A stretch of 64,000 nucleotides of DNA from Candidatus Bathyarchaeota archaeon RBG_16_48_13 (GTDB lineage Archaea > Thermoproteota > Bathyarchaeia > RBG-16-48-13). The notes below the pieces were generated by a model, which did no database searches, had not been told where the DNA came from, and saw only the letters and a list, made by a program, of their open reading frames with translations. Positions within the stretch are counted from its first letter, which is position 1; every line of letters starts with the position of its first letter. The stretch is from assembly GCA_001775995.1 (NCBI GenBank), contig MEZH01000007.1, positions 188,807 to 252,806 on the forward strand, written 5' to 3'. This document shows positions 47,646-56,386 of this stretch, piece by piece. The position numbers and the translations under genes are program-made.

Positions 47646-48939
47646 TCAAAGGGAGGACAGAAATTCGTTAAGGACAATCATCGTTCAACGGAGGACTCGC
47701 GAAGAGTCTAAGAACCTTGAAGAACTGAAGAGTCTAGCCGAAGCAGCTGGATACTCGGTTGTTGGTTCCATGGAACAGGTTAGGGAACCTGGTTCTAAAT
47801 ATCAAATTGGAGTTGGAAAAGCCCAAGAGTTGGCCCGACTTGTGAAAGAGAGAGCGTGCGATAAAATAATCTTTGATAATACCATGAAGCCCCTGCAGGA
47901 GTACAATTTAGCCAAATTAACTGGGAGAGAGGTCATAGATCGATTTCTGCTGATTCTCGAAATTTTCAGTAGAAGGGCGTCAACTAAAGAAGCACTTCTT
48001 CAAATCCAGCTAGCCAAACTTCAATACCAATTGGCTAGGGCCAGAGAGAATGTAAATCTCGCGAAACATGGAGAGCAACCAGGGTTCTATGGTCTGGGAA
48101 AATATGAGGTTGACGTCTACTATGACGCGATAAAGAGACAGATGTCCCACATAAAAGAGGAACTCAAGGACATAAGAGGAAAAAGATCAGTCCAAAGGAG
48201 TCGCAGGCTGGCGTCAGGCTTTTCCCTAGTTGCATTTGCAGGGTACACAAACGCTGGGAAGACGACGCTCTTCAACTTGATGGCGGGAGAAAACAAGGCA
48301 GTAGGGTCTAAACTCTTCACCACTTTAACCACAACGATTCGCAGCGCCGATCTACAAAACAAGAAGGTATTGTTGATAGACACTGTCGGATTCATAGATC
48401 GCTTACCAGTTCAGCTAGTTGAGGCGTTTCAATCAACTCTCGAAGAGACGATATTCTCCGATGCTGTAATCTTGGTTGTGGACGGCAGTGAACTCTTGGA
48501 GACGATAAAGATGAAGCTGGAAACTTGCCTCCGGACGATAAGGAACATAGGAGCGCAAGGAATACCGATAATCACGACTTTCAATAAAATGGACTTGGTC
48601 TCAACCGAGGAACTGGTTCGAAAAGAAAGAGCTCTCGAGCAGCTCACTCCAAGTCCTATCTTCATCTCAGCTTTGAAGCAGACCAATATTGAAGCCCTAA
48701 GAATTGAGGTTGCTAGGCGCTTAGAAGTCTATTCAAAGCTTTTCCTAAAACTACCCATAGGGGACAAGTCATTGGGGCTGGTCTCGTGGCTTCATGAAAA
48801 GACATACGTAAAAAGCATTAGCTACTCTGGCAAGTTTGTCGAGATTGACTTGGAAGCACCTTTCAGACTTGTTGAGGTCATTAGAGGCAAGTGTGAAAAG
48901 GCTGCAGGTAACATGAGAACATTGATCAACAACTATTGA
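47642..48939 (+). CDS. hflX: GTPase HflX, with the 5' end out of frame with its likely ATG
   Basis: ORF-track Met at 47770, but a conserved N-terminal domain (LRTIIVQRRTREESKNLEELKSLAEAAGY) extends in frame to 47632 with no start codon. The ATG at 47642 overlaps the mbf1 stop (ATGA) and is in another frame. G-domain: GYTNAGKTTLFN, DTVGF, NKMD. Confidence 0.8.
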
Positions 48940-49496
48940 TGTGGCCCATTTTGCCAAAACTGCATGTTATGAAGATAGGACACAGACCAGAAAGAGACAA
49001 GAGAATTGACATGCATTGTGTCCTCGTTTCAAGAGCTTTCGGAGCCGCAGGCATAACCTTCGACTTTGAGGACGCGGAACTTGAGACTAGGGCAGAATCA
49101 GTAACAAAGCACTTTGGCGGGCGTTTCTCGATCGGGACGGGAGTCAATTGGAAGAGTTACCTAAAATCTTGGAAAGAAGAAGGGGGAGAGATCATACACT
49201 TGACCATGTATGGTTTACCTATTCAAGATCTTATTGGCGAGATAAAGTTGTCCCCAAAAGACAAACTAATCGTTGTCGGTGGTCAGAAGGTACCTCCTTC
49301 GATCTATGAATTAGCTGACTACAATATCTCGATTACGCAGCAACCCCACTCCGAAGTGGCCGCCCTCTGCATCTTTTTAGACAGGTACTTCGAGGGCGCA
49401 GAGTTTAATAAGAAGTTTGATGACGCTGAACTGAGAATAATTCCTCAACGCATGGGGAAGTTAGTGGTTAGGGAAAGTGGGTTAGAGAGAACTTAA
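48939..49496 (+). CDS. trm56: tRNA (cytidine56-2'-O)-methyltransferase aTrm56 (SPOUT)
   Basis: The motif IGHRPERDKRIDMHCVLVSRAFGA is typical of aTrm56. The start is uncertain (48936, 48939 or 48951). Confidence 0.8.
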   Translation: MWPILPKLHVMKIGHRPERDKRIDMHCVLVSRAFGAAGITFDFEDAELETRAESVTKHFGGRFSIGTGVNWKSYLKSWKEEGGEIIHLTMYGLPIQDLIGEIKLSPKDKLIVVGGQKVPPSIYELADYNISITQQPHSEVAALCIFLDRYFEGAEFNKKFDDAELRIIPQRMGKLVVRESGLERT

Positions 49497-49538
49497 GTCA
49501 CAGAAATAGTATTCACTAATGATTAATTGGAGGTGGGT

Positions 49539-50057
49539 ATGGCTTTGCTTACAGGGATCAGAGAAGAACTCCTCCTTAAGGTGACCAACATTCTGGGCGG
49601 CGAGGAAGCCATAGCTGTTGTGAAGTATCTAGCCTCCAAGGATCGGGTCACCGACGATGAGATTGCTACGGCAACAGGACTGAAGCTGAACGTAGTTCGC
49701 AAGATCCTATACAAGCTTTATGATAGTTCTCTGATAACATGTGAGCGATTGCGAGATGAGAAGACCGGCTGGTTCATTTTTTGGTGGAGTCTCCAGATGG
49801 GTCAACTCGAGGGGTTCGTTAAGAACCGCAAGAGAGAATGTTTAGAAAAGCTAAAGATAAGACTTGAATACGAAAAGAAACACGACTTCTATTACTGCAA
49901 TAACCCAACGTGCAAAGAGATAACCTTCGAAGAAGCTATGGAAGTTGTTTTCCGATGCCCTTCATGCGGTAGGCCGCTTCAGCACTTTGATAACTCTTCT
50001 TTGATTAGGGTTTTGTCCGAGAGAATTGAGACTCTCCAGAAGGAGTTGGATGAGTAA
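49539..50057 (+). CDS. tfe: Transcription factor E (TFE alpha, TFIIE-alpha homologue)
   Basis: Winged-helix N-terminus and a zinc ribbon (CNNPTC...CPSCG). The ATG is preceded by GGAGGTG. Confidence 0.85.
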   Translation: MALLTGIREELLLKVTNILGGEEAIAVVKYLASKDRVTDDEIATATGLKLNVVRKILYKLYDSSLITCERLRDEKTGWFIFWWSLQMGQLEGFVKNRKRECLEKLKIRLEYEKKHDFYYCNNPTCKEITFEEAMEVVFRCPSCGRPLQHFDNSSLIRVLSERIETLQKELDE

Positions 50058-50588
50058 GTGGAGGTTCCCTCTCAGAAGGAGGCGGTACAGATACTACGAA
50101 ATTCAGGTTGCTCAGAGCAGGTCATAAATCACTGTATCGCGGTTTCTAAATTAGCTAAGGAGATAGCTCAAATATGCCACAAAAAGGGTTTAAAGGTTGA
50201 TATTAAGGTAGTCGAGATCGGCGGACTCTTACACGATCTCGGCAGAGCCAAAACCCACGGCATCAGACATTCGGTGATCGGGGGAGAGATTGCACGATCA
50301 ATGAGGCTATCAGAGCCAATCATTTCGATTATTGAGAGACATGTTGGCGGTGGGATCTCAAAGGAGGAAGCAAAGGTTCTGGAAATCCCCGAAAGGAGTT
50401 ACATCCCTGTGACCTTGGAGGAGAAGATAGTATCATATGCAGACAAACTGATCGAGGGCGATCGACAGGTTAAGATCGATGAAACCATAGGCAAATTCTC
50501 AAGGCAGCTTGGGAACGATCATCCAGCCATAGGTAGACTTCGAGCTCTCCATACCTTTTTCAGCGACATCCTGAAGGACAGCAAGTAA
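50058..50588 (+). CDS. HD-domain phosphohydrolase
   Basis: 176 aa with an HD motif (LLHDLGR), a later H..GG and a D. GTG start. Confidence 0.7.
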   Translation: MEVPSQKEAVQILRNSGCSEQVINHCIAVSKLAKEIAQICHKKGLKVDIKVVEIGGLLHDLGRAKTHGIRHSVIGGEIARSMRLSEPIISIIERHVGGGISKEEAKVLEIPERSYIPVTLEEKIVSYADKLIEGDRQVKIDETIGKFSRQLGNDHPAIGRLRALHTFFSDILKDSK

Positions 50589-51409
50589 TGGTTGAAGTCA
50601 CCCTCATAACAAGGGTCTATGGCCCTTATTCAGAACGAGTTCTTCGTTACTTAACGATGGCTATGAAATCTCTCTCTTCAGACCTGAGACTGAAATCTGA
50701 AATTCTCAACGTATCGAAACGGGGATTTGTGCAGATATTAGTGAACGGTGAAGATGAAGAAATAGCACTAAACTACATCAGAGGCAAATTCGGGATAGCC
50801 CTTCAAGCATTGAGTGAGAAGTCAATTGGCGTGAATACGGTTGGCAGGATCGTTGATTCGGGCAAGGTAGGCTATGGCTTGTACTTGGATCTAGGCTTGA
50901 CATCCAGAGAGTATTCAGATGCATTGATTCCTCTCCGTACTTTGAGGGATCAACTCGTTGGCAGAGAGAACATGTCGATCCGCGGACTAATAAGGGCATA
51001 CGCTCTTTATGATGACCTCCCTCTATCGATCGAAATCTCAAAGATAGACTCAGAGAAGAGGGAGATAACAGCAAAGCTGACAGATAGACAGAGGCGAACG
51101 TACAGACGATGGTTGAAATCAGGCTTGGAAAGAGTCATCGTGACTGGAACTTTTCATGAGGAATTGAAAAAGGCGTTGGCAAGAACTGGCCATTCGAGGG
51201 ATATTGTTAGAATAGATTCTTTGGGTTTGTTAGAACATGTGATCGTCTGCAAGAGTGGAACTGAGGCACCAGGCCTGATCGCTGCACTGGGACCATGTTT
51301 TCCACGTGTACCTCTTCATGCCCTAGTTCCTTCCAAGATTGCGACAGACAAAAAGGTCTTGAACATGGTGGGCCGGGCCGGACTCGGACCGGCGACCTCT
51401 GCCTTGTAA
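50588..51409 (+). CDS. Conserved archaeal hypothetical protein (possibly DUF2110 family)
   Basis: 273-aa ORF with start-stop coupling to the HD gene. Family assignment is from memory only. The last 44 nt run antisense through tRNA-Val. Confidence 0.45.
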   Translation: MVEVTLITRVYGPYSERVLRYLTMAMKSLSSDLRLKSEILNVSKRGFVQILVNGEDEEIALNYIRGKFGIALQALSEKSIGVNTVGRIVDSGKVGYGLYLDLGLTSREYSDALIPLRTLRDQLVGRENMSIRGLIRAYALYDDLPLSIEISKIDSEKREITAKLTDRQRRTYRRWLKSGLERVIVTGTFHEELKKALARTGHSRDIVRIDSLGLLEHVIVCKSGTEAPGLIAALGPCFPRVPLHALVPSKIATDKKVLNMVGRAGLGPATSAL

Positions 51410-51461
51410 GGGCAGCTTCAGGCCCAACTCAGATATCCTGACCAGGCTAGACGACCGGCCC
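51366..51461 (-). tRNA. tRNA-Val(UAC) with one non-canonical intron, CCA encoded
   Basis: Acceptor GGGCCGG/CCGGCCC, A73, and anticodon arm CTGCC-CTTACAA-GGCAG. An 18-nt intron at 51417-51434 (position 25/26) has central helix CAGG/CCUG and bulges AUA and AAG. The T-loop reads UCCGAGU, which is atypical. Confidence 0.8.
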
Positions 51462-51568
51462 TTATGATAGATTTCATTCCTATGAATGATATATTTACTC
51501 TTTTTCCTTCTGGATCTGATGAGACATCTTGTTTATGCAAAAACAAACGCTCTCAATTGATTCTAAAG

Positions 51569-51707
51569 TGGCGCCGGGGGTGGGATTTGAACCCACGCGG
51601 GCTTCCGCAGACTGTTTCAACGGCCCACAGGCTTTCAACCCTAGGTGGCTAGCAGGCTTGGGCTAAGCTTGTTCAATCTGCCCCCTACCAGACTAGGGCA
51701 CCCCAGC
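51569..51707 (-). tRNA. tRNA-Ser(GCU) with three introns, CCA encoded
   Basis: Acceptor GCUGGGG/CCCCGGC, G73, and T-arm GUGGG-UUCAAAU-CCCAC. Introns are at 51658-51677 (20 nt, 29/30; GGGC/GCCC helix, bulges AGA and AAG), 51634-51649 (16 nt, 37/38) and 51603-51617 (15 nt, variable loop; CCGU/GCGG helix, bulges UGA and AAG). The mature tRNA is 88 nt with stem CAGGC/GCCUG and loop CUGCUAA. Confidence 0.75.
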
Positions 51708-52249
51708 AAGTCGCAATATCCATCCGTAACGCATATCGAAATGCGCTTCAAGTTTCTAACGATATTGTTCACTTGTATAAAAGAGTTGCAGCAATCAAGA
51801 CACACCGGACAATCAGCAAATACTGACTCATCTGGATTCAATTCTGCAAAATGAATTTTGGAGGAAAGCGAAGCCTGAATCAGTAAACTCGGTTTCAAAT
51901 GATCGAAAGATTCATCACTCAACCTATCGAAGTGGTCACAAAGAAGTCTTGCAACTGATCTCCTTTTTGATCATGAGTGCTCATAGCCATGGCTTCTACC
52001 TGTCCGAGAGAATGCGCACCCTGAAGATCGATGACCAAATCAATATGGATGAACGCTGTCAAATAAAGACGTCTGCCGAAGATAGCCTCGAGCTGATGGG
52101 TTTGGCTGCTAAGCTTACTCTCATACGTGCTTCGTATTTCTCATATTATTGGAAATCTGAAAGTGAGGCGCCAGAGAGGTCGATGAAGAGCAGCTTATGA
52201 TATTGCATTTAGAAAAGGTTCAAAGATGAATCCAAAGGATTATGGAAAG

Positions 52250-52570
52250 AAGGTAGCGGTAGCTCCTGGGCGTTGAAACCCATCCCAAGGAAGTGCACAA
52301 TCCGCAAAATCCGTTCCATAGCCCTGAGAGCGCCATCCGTCCACTTTAGGGCTGCTCCATCCCTGGCCTGACCCGTTTCAGCAGTTAGGGGGAATCCTCC
52401 TTCCTACAAAGGAGTATCTCCTTCCAACGGCCCCTCAGGATAGAATTTCATCTTCACGGAGTTGGTTTCCTCCCTGTTCAGAATGATCCTCCGTCCAGGT
52501 TATCAGGCTCCCGCGTGTCGCTCATTTCGGGTTGCAGGGAAGAGCGAGCTCCCCAGCCATCCTACCGCCG
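52250..52570 (-). ncRNA. Signal recognition particle RNA (7S/SRP RNA)
   Basis: The minus strand contains the helix-8 core GGUCAGGCCA-GGGA-UGGAGCAGCC (compare the bacterial 4.5S GGUCAGGUCCGGAAGGAAGCAGCC). The 5' GGCGGUAG pairs with the 3' CUACCGCU. About 320 nt, with a TATA-like motif upstream. Ends are approximate to about 10 nt. Confidence 0.8.
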
Positions 52571-52592
52571 AGACTGAAATAAGAGGTTTAAC

Positions 52593-52600
52593 GATATAAG
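52593..52600 (-). promoter_or_regulatory. TATA-box-like element CTTATATC upstream of the SRP RNA
   Basis: The motif centre is about 26 nt upstream of the inferred SRP RNA 5' end (52569-52571). Confidence 0.45.
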
Positions 52601-52626
52601 CATCTCGCACCTGAAGCTAAGACGAC

Positions 52627-53556
52627 TTATTCAGGCTTCAAATGTGAAAGGATCTCGCAGGTCTTGCACATGTCCGCTGCAGCTGGTTCACCGCACTCCT
52701 TACAGTACCTTATGTCCGCTATGGTGGAGGTCCTTATGGATGATGAGAGCCTCTCAAATGAGCGTAACATAGTATACCTGGTTCCTGGATGCTTCTTCTC
52801 AAAAGTGTTGATCAGCATTCTGGCGTCATTTCTCATGGATTCCTTTGCATAGGGGCAAGGAGTCTTTTGCATCTCTATCTTCCGGAGAAATGCATATAGT
52901 GCTATCTCTTCTTCTGGGACTTCCCGTAGGGGCTTTACCCTTGGAATCAACCCGGGGATCTTCCTCTCAACATCAGGCGTTATTCTTGGAAGACGAAGGA
53001 TATCCCCATGGATGACGTTAAGCAATATCGTCTGCACCTCGTCGTCCAAGCTGTGAGCTGTAATCAACTTATCGGCTTTCACAGCCTTAGCTGTTGAATT
53101 AAGGGCTTTTCTCCTTAGGACACCGCAATAAGAGCAAGTACCCAGACCTACTCCATCCCTCCTGAGAGCTTCCCTAATTTCATCCAGTGTGAAGCCATAC
53201 AAATCCTCGAACGAGACGATTAAGTGATCTACCCCCAGCTGCGAACAGCGCTTTCGCGCTATCCTTATGGATTCATCCCTGTAGCCTGCTATACCCTCAT
53301 CCACCGTAATAGCGACGAGTTCATACCCAGGAAACCGGGCCCCAAGTTTTGCCATTATACTGATGAGCGCTGTGCTGTCCTTTCCGCCCGAGAGGGCTAA
53401 AGCAACCTTCTCGCCGTGTCTGATCATTGAATATTTGGATATAGTTTCCCGCACCTTGTTTTCGATGGAGCGAAGAAAGCATCCCCTGCAGAGCTTTTCT
53501 CCAGAATACATGCGGAAGTAGACGCTTGGCCTTTCACAGGCCGCACAATTCTCCAT
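52627..53556 (-). CDS. PP-loop tRNA 2-thiolation enzyme (TtuA/Ncs6/TtcA family)
   Basis: 309 aa with an SGGKDS PP-loop and N- and C-terminal CxxC pairs (CAAC..CRGC; CKEC..CKTC). Confidence 0.8.
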   Translation of the reverse strand: MENCAACERPSVYFRMYSGEKLCRGCFLRSIENKVRETISKYSMIRHGEKVALALSGGKDSTALISIMAKLGARFPGYELVAITVDEGIAGYRDESIRIARKRCSQLGVDHLIVSFEDLYGFTLDEIREALRRDGVGLGTCSYCGVLRRKALNSTAKAVKADKLITAHSLDDEVQTILLNVIHGDILRLPRITPDVERKIPGLIPRVKPLREVPEEEIALYAFLRKIEMQKTPCPYAKESMRNDARMLINTFEKKHPGTRYTMLRSFERLSSSIRTSTIADIRYCKECGEPAAADMCKTCEILSHLKPE

Positions 53557-53577
53557 GATAATCAGAACCTGAAGACC

Positions 53578-54708
53578 CTAGAGATACAACTTCAGAAGAC
53601 TTAGCCCTATGTTCAGTATGAGAATGGCAAGGAAAAGCATTGAAATGGCAGATCGTATCTTTTCTTTTTTCTTGGGCACATATTTTTCTAGGGCACTGCT
53701 CAAAAAGCCATCCCCGTCCAAGTAATAGACCGGCAGCATGTTGAGGATAGCGACGCTCAAGGCAACGATGAATGTCCAATTCAAGCTATTGAACGCCTCG
53801 TAAGATACTATGTGTCCGAAGACATCTAATGCGGAGGGGAGGTAGTTATCTCTCTGAATTCCTATGAAAGACCTGCTTGAATTGGTTGGATCTTGGCTAG
53901 TAGTTAGCGGAACAGTTCCTCTGTCAGTGTCTAACATCAAGACCTGCCCCGGCTTCACCCCATTAATATAGTAGTACAAAGCTCCGATGTCCTTTGTCAT
54001 GGTACCGTTAATGGAATAGATGATATCACCAGCCATGATTCCTGCCTTTTCAGCGCTGCCTCCCTGAACTACGCCGGTGATTAATATCCCCGAGGGGGAA
54101 GCGTACATGGACGTCGTCAACAGAAAAACGATAACTCCAATTATCAAATTGGAGGATGACCCAGCTGCGAGAACTCTGAGTTTCGAAATCATCTTGGACT
54201 TGCTGAGCACATCCTCATCTGGCTCAACAAATCCACCCGGGAATAGGATAAAGAAAAAAAGGCCTGATGATTTTATCGGAATACCCTCAACCTGAGCTGA
54301 AATCCCATGAGCCAATTCATGGACAGCGAGATTTATTGCGAGACCCACCAAGAGGTACGGAACCCAGTAAAGAGAAATCGTAATACCTGGCACAATTGGG
54401 ACCAGGGGAGAAGCGGATTGCGGGACGAAAATGAAGCTTAGAAGGTTTTGGCTAATAAAGTACAAAGCATAGATTTGAAGACCTACTCCCATGGCTACAC
54501 CTACTGACCCAAGGGTACGCCATAACCTCGGCGACACCTGAGCGATCTTCCTTAGGAGTTTGTTCAAGCGTTCTGTTTTCCAAAGGAGATAGAAAGGTTT
54601 CAACTCGAGATTGAACCGCTTGAAGTTGAATGCCTTACTGAGTATGTAAATAGAGACCCAGAAGCCGACTATGACTAATGCAGCAGTGTATAGCTCGATG
54701 GAATCCAT
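53578..54708 (-). CDS. Site-2 protease family (M50) membrane metalloprotease with PDZ domain
   Basis: 376 aa with HELAHG in a transmembrane segment, a PDZ-like GGSAEKAGIMAGDIIYSING, and multiple transmembrane helices. Confidence 0.85.
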   Translation of the reverse strand: MDSIELYTAALVIVGFWVSIYILSKAFNFKRFNLELKPFYLLWKTERLNKLLRKIAQVSPRLWRTLGSVGVAMGVGLQIYALYFISQNLLSFIFVPQSASPLVPIVPGITISLYWVPYLLVGLAINLAVHELAHGISAQVEGIPIKSSGLFFFILFPGGFVEPDEDVLSKSKMISKLRVLAAGSSSNLIIGVIVFLLTTSMYASPSGILITGVVQGGSAEKAGIMAGDIIYSINGTMTKDIGALYYYINGVKPGQVLMLDTDRGTVPLTTSQDPTNSSRSFIGIQRDNYLPSALDVFGHIVSYEAFNSLNWTFIVALSVAILNMLPVYYLDGDGFLSSALEKYVPKKKEKIRSAISMLFLAILILNIGLSLLKLYL

Positions 54709-54783
54709 TGCGCAAACTACCTTGGGAAGGAGAATACTAATCGAAGGGTGATAATTATCCTTTGCGAGTCTAGAAAAAGGAAG

Positions 54784-55100
54784 ATGAACTACAAGATATT
54801 ATTGGTGAGGGATTCTAACTAAGACGAAGAGTAAGAAATAGCCATGAACCTTTTGGAGAAGAGACTCGTCGCTTGTGCTAACGTAATCCCCTGTGTATGA
54901 TCGATCTACCTGTTGAAGGGAAAGATCGAGGACATACGAGAGACACTGCTCTTGATGAGGACAAGGGCCTTCATTGAAAAGACTGGTTCAGAATCTCCGA
55001 GATCCTTAATAATGGGATTTCGGAGGCCTTGACTCTTGATGTCTCTGTCGGCAACGTCTCATATTTAGAATGGTTGATGAAGGAGAATGAGATCAGGCCT
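54784..55100 (+). pseudogene. cutA: Decayed cutA (divalent-cation tolerance protein CutA1)
   Basis: CutA-like translation (..IAMNLLEKRLVACANVIPCV*SIYLLKGKIE..., later ..VGNVSYLEWL..). It has in-frame stops at 54820 (TAA), 54832 (TAA) and 54898 (TGA), and a frameshift near 54990. Confidence 0.7.
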
Positions 55101-55239
55101 CTTCCAAGAAGAGGCTGGGGAGGCAGTAATATCGGGGTATTGTTAGGCGTGAGATCAATGAAATCGAATGAATATTATTTAAAGCTACCACGATAGATCT
55201 CTGTTCATTATGAATGATTCATCAGAAGAGTGCTAATAC

Positions 55240-56322
55240 TTGAAGATTTTCGAGAGGGATCTCAAACACGGCAAGTTGGTCGTTTTGCCAGCGAACCTTG
55301 ATGACCTCTGGACATTGTATAATGTCTTGGATAAGGGCGACATTGTTTACTCAAGAACCTCGAGGGAGATCAAGGCCTCCGGAGATGAGACAAGCTCCTC
55401 TAAGCCCCGAAGGATACCTATGGTCCTCGGACTGCGAGTTGAGGAAGTCTACTTCGATCAGAGCGTCAACCGCCTTAGAATCCATGGCATAATAGTAGAC
55501 TGCCCCGAGGAATTTGAGATCAAGGGCTCTCATCACACCATAAACGTTGTTCCCAACGAGAATTCACTGTCAATAACAAAGGATCGATGGTTCAGCCATC
55601 AGTTGAAGCGAATCGAAGTCTCCGCAGAGTCGCATACTCCTCCAGTAATACTGGTTGCCCTTGACGATGAGGAATGCGGGATAGCAGCAATCTATGAAAG
55701 GGGAATCAAGATGAAGGCTGAGATAAGGGCCAAACTACCTGGAAAGATGGAGGACAAGGGAAGAGACGAAGCCAGGGGCACCTACTACAAGAGTATTCTA
55801 GAGGCTATTTCACAGGCGCACAACGAGACCCGCGGCCCCGTGATAATCGTGGGTCCAGGATTCGCCAAAGAAAATCTATCACGATTCGCCAAGGACAAGA
55901 TGAGTGAGCTAGCCGCCCACATCATTGCTTTGAGCGGAGTCAGCAGCAGCGGCTTGGGCGGAATCAAAGAGGCAGTCAGGTCAGGCGTTCTTTCGACTGT
56001 TCTGAAGAAGTTACGGGTGAATGAAGAGATGACATTGATCGAGGAGCTGCTTGCCAGACTAGCATCGGGAAGAGGTCTAGTTTCTTATGGCATTGAGGAA
56101 GTCAACGAAGCCCGATGTTTGGGGGCGATAGATCAGCTCCTTGTCGCTGACACTTACATAAGAGGAAAAGTGGGAGAGGAGAGGGATAGTACAGAGAGAT
56201 TACTCGAGGACGTCGAGAGGATGAAGGGAAAAGTCCACATCATTAGTACAGAGCATGAGGGTGGCGAGAAACTCCTTTCCCTTGGTGGAATAGCCGCCCT
56301 CCTGAGATTTGCAATAACTTAA
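55240..56322 (+). CDS. pelA: Pelota (Dom34) mRNA surveillance/ribosome rescue factor
   Basis: 360 aa with the N-terminus MKIFERDLKHGKLVVLPANLDDLWTLYNV and an eRF1-like C-terminus. TTG start. Confidence 0.9.
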   Translation: MKIFERDLKHGKLVVLPANLDDLWTLYNVLDKGDIVYSRTSREIKASGDETSSSKPRRIPMVLGLRVEEVYFDQSVNRLRIHGIIVDCPEEFEIKGSHHTINVVPNENSLSITKDRWFSHQLKRIEVSAESHTPPVILVALDDEECGIAAIYERGIKMKAEIRAKLPGKMEDKGRDEARGTYYKSILEAISQAHNETRGPVIIVGPGFAKENLSRFAKDKMSELAAHIIALSGVSSSGLGGIKEAVRSGVLSTVLKKLRVNEEMTLIEELLARLASGRGLVSYGIEEVNEARCLGAIDQLLVADTYIRGKVGEERDSTERLLEDVERMKGKVHIISTEHEGGEKLLSLGGIAALLRFAIT

Positions 56323-56386
56323 AGGACTCTCTCAAAGCCTTTAACTTCATCAATCAACGAATTCCGCGCAAAAAAGACGTGAAGGT

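Noticed and set aside
51603-51680. GCAGA/UCUGC as the anticodon stem of the 139-nt tRNA, giving anticodon GAA or UGA
   Set aside because: It leaves no 7-nt loop with a workable splice geometry and only a 10-nt variable region. The three-intron model gives a perfect CAGGC/GCCUG stem, a CUGCUAA loop and a canonical Ser variable arm.
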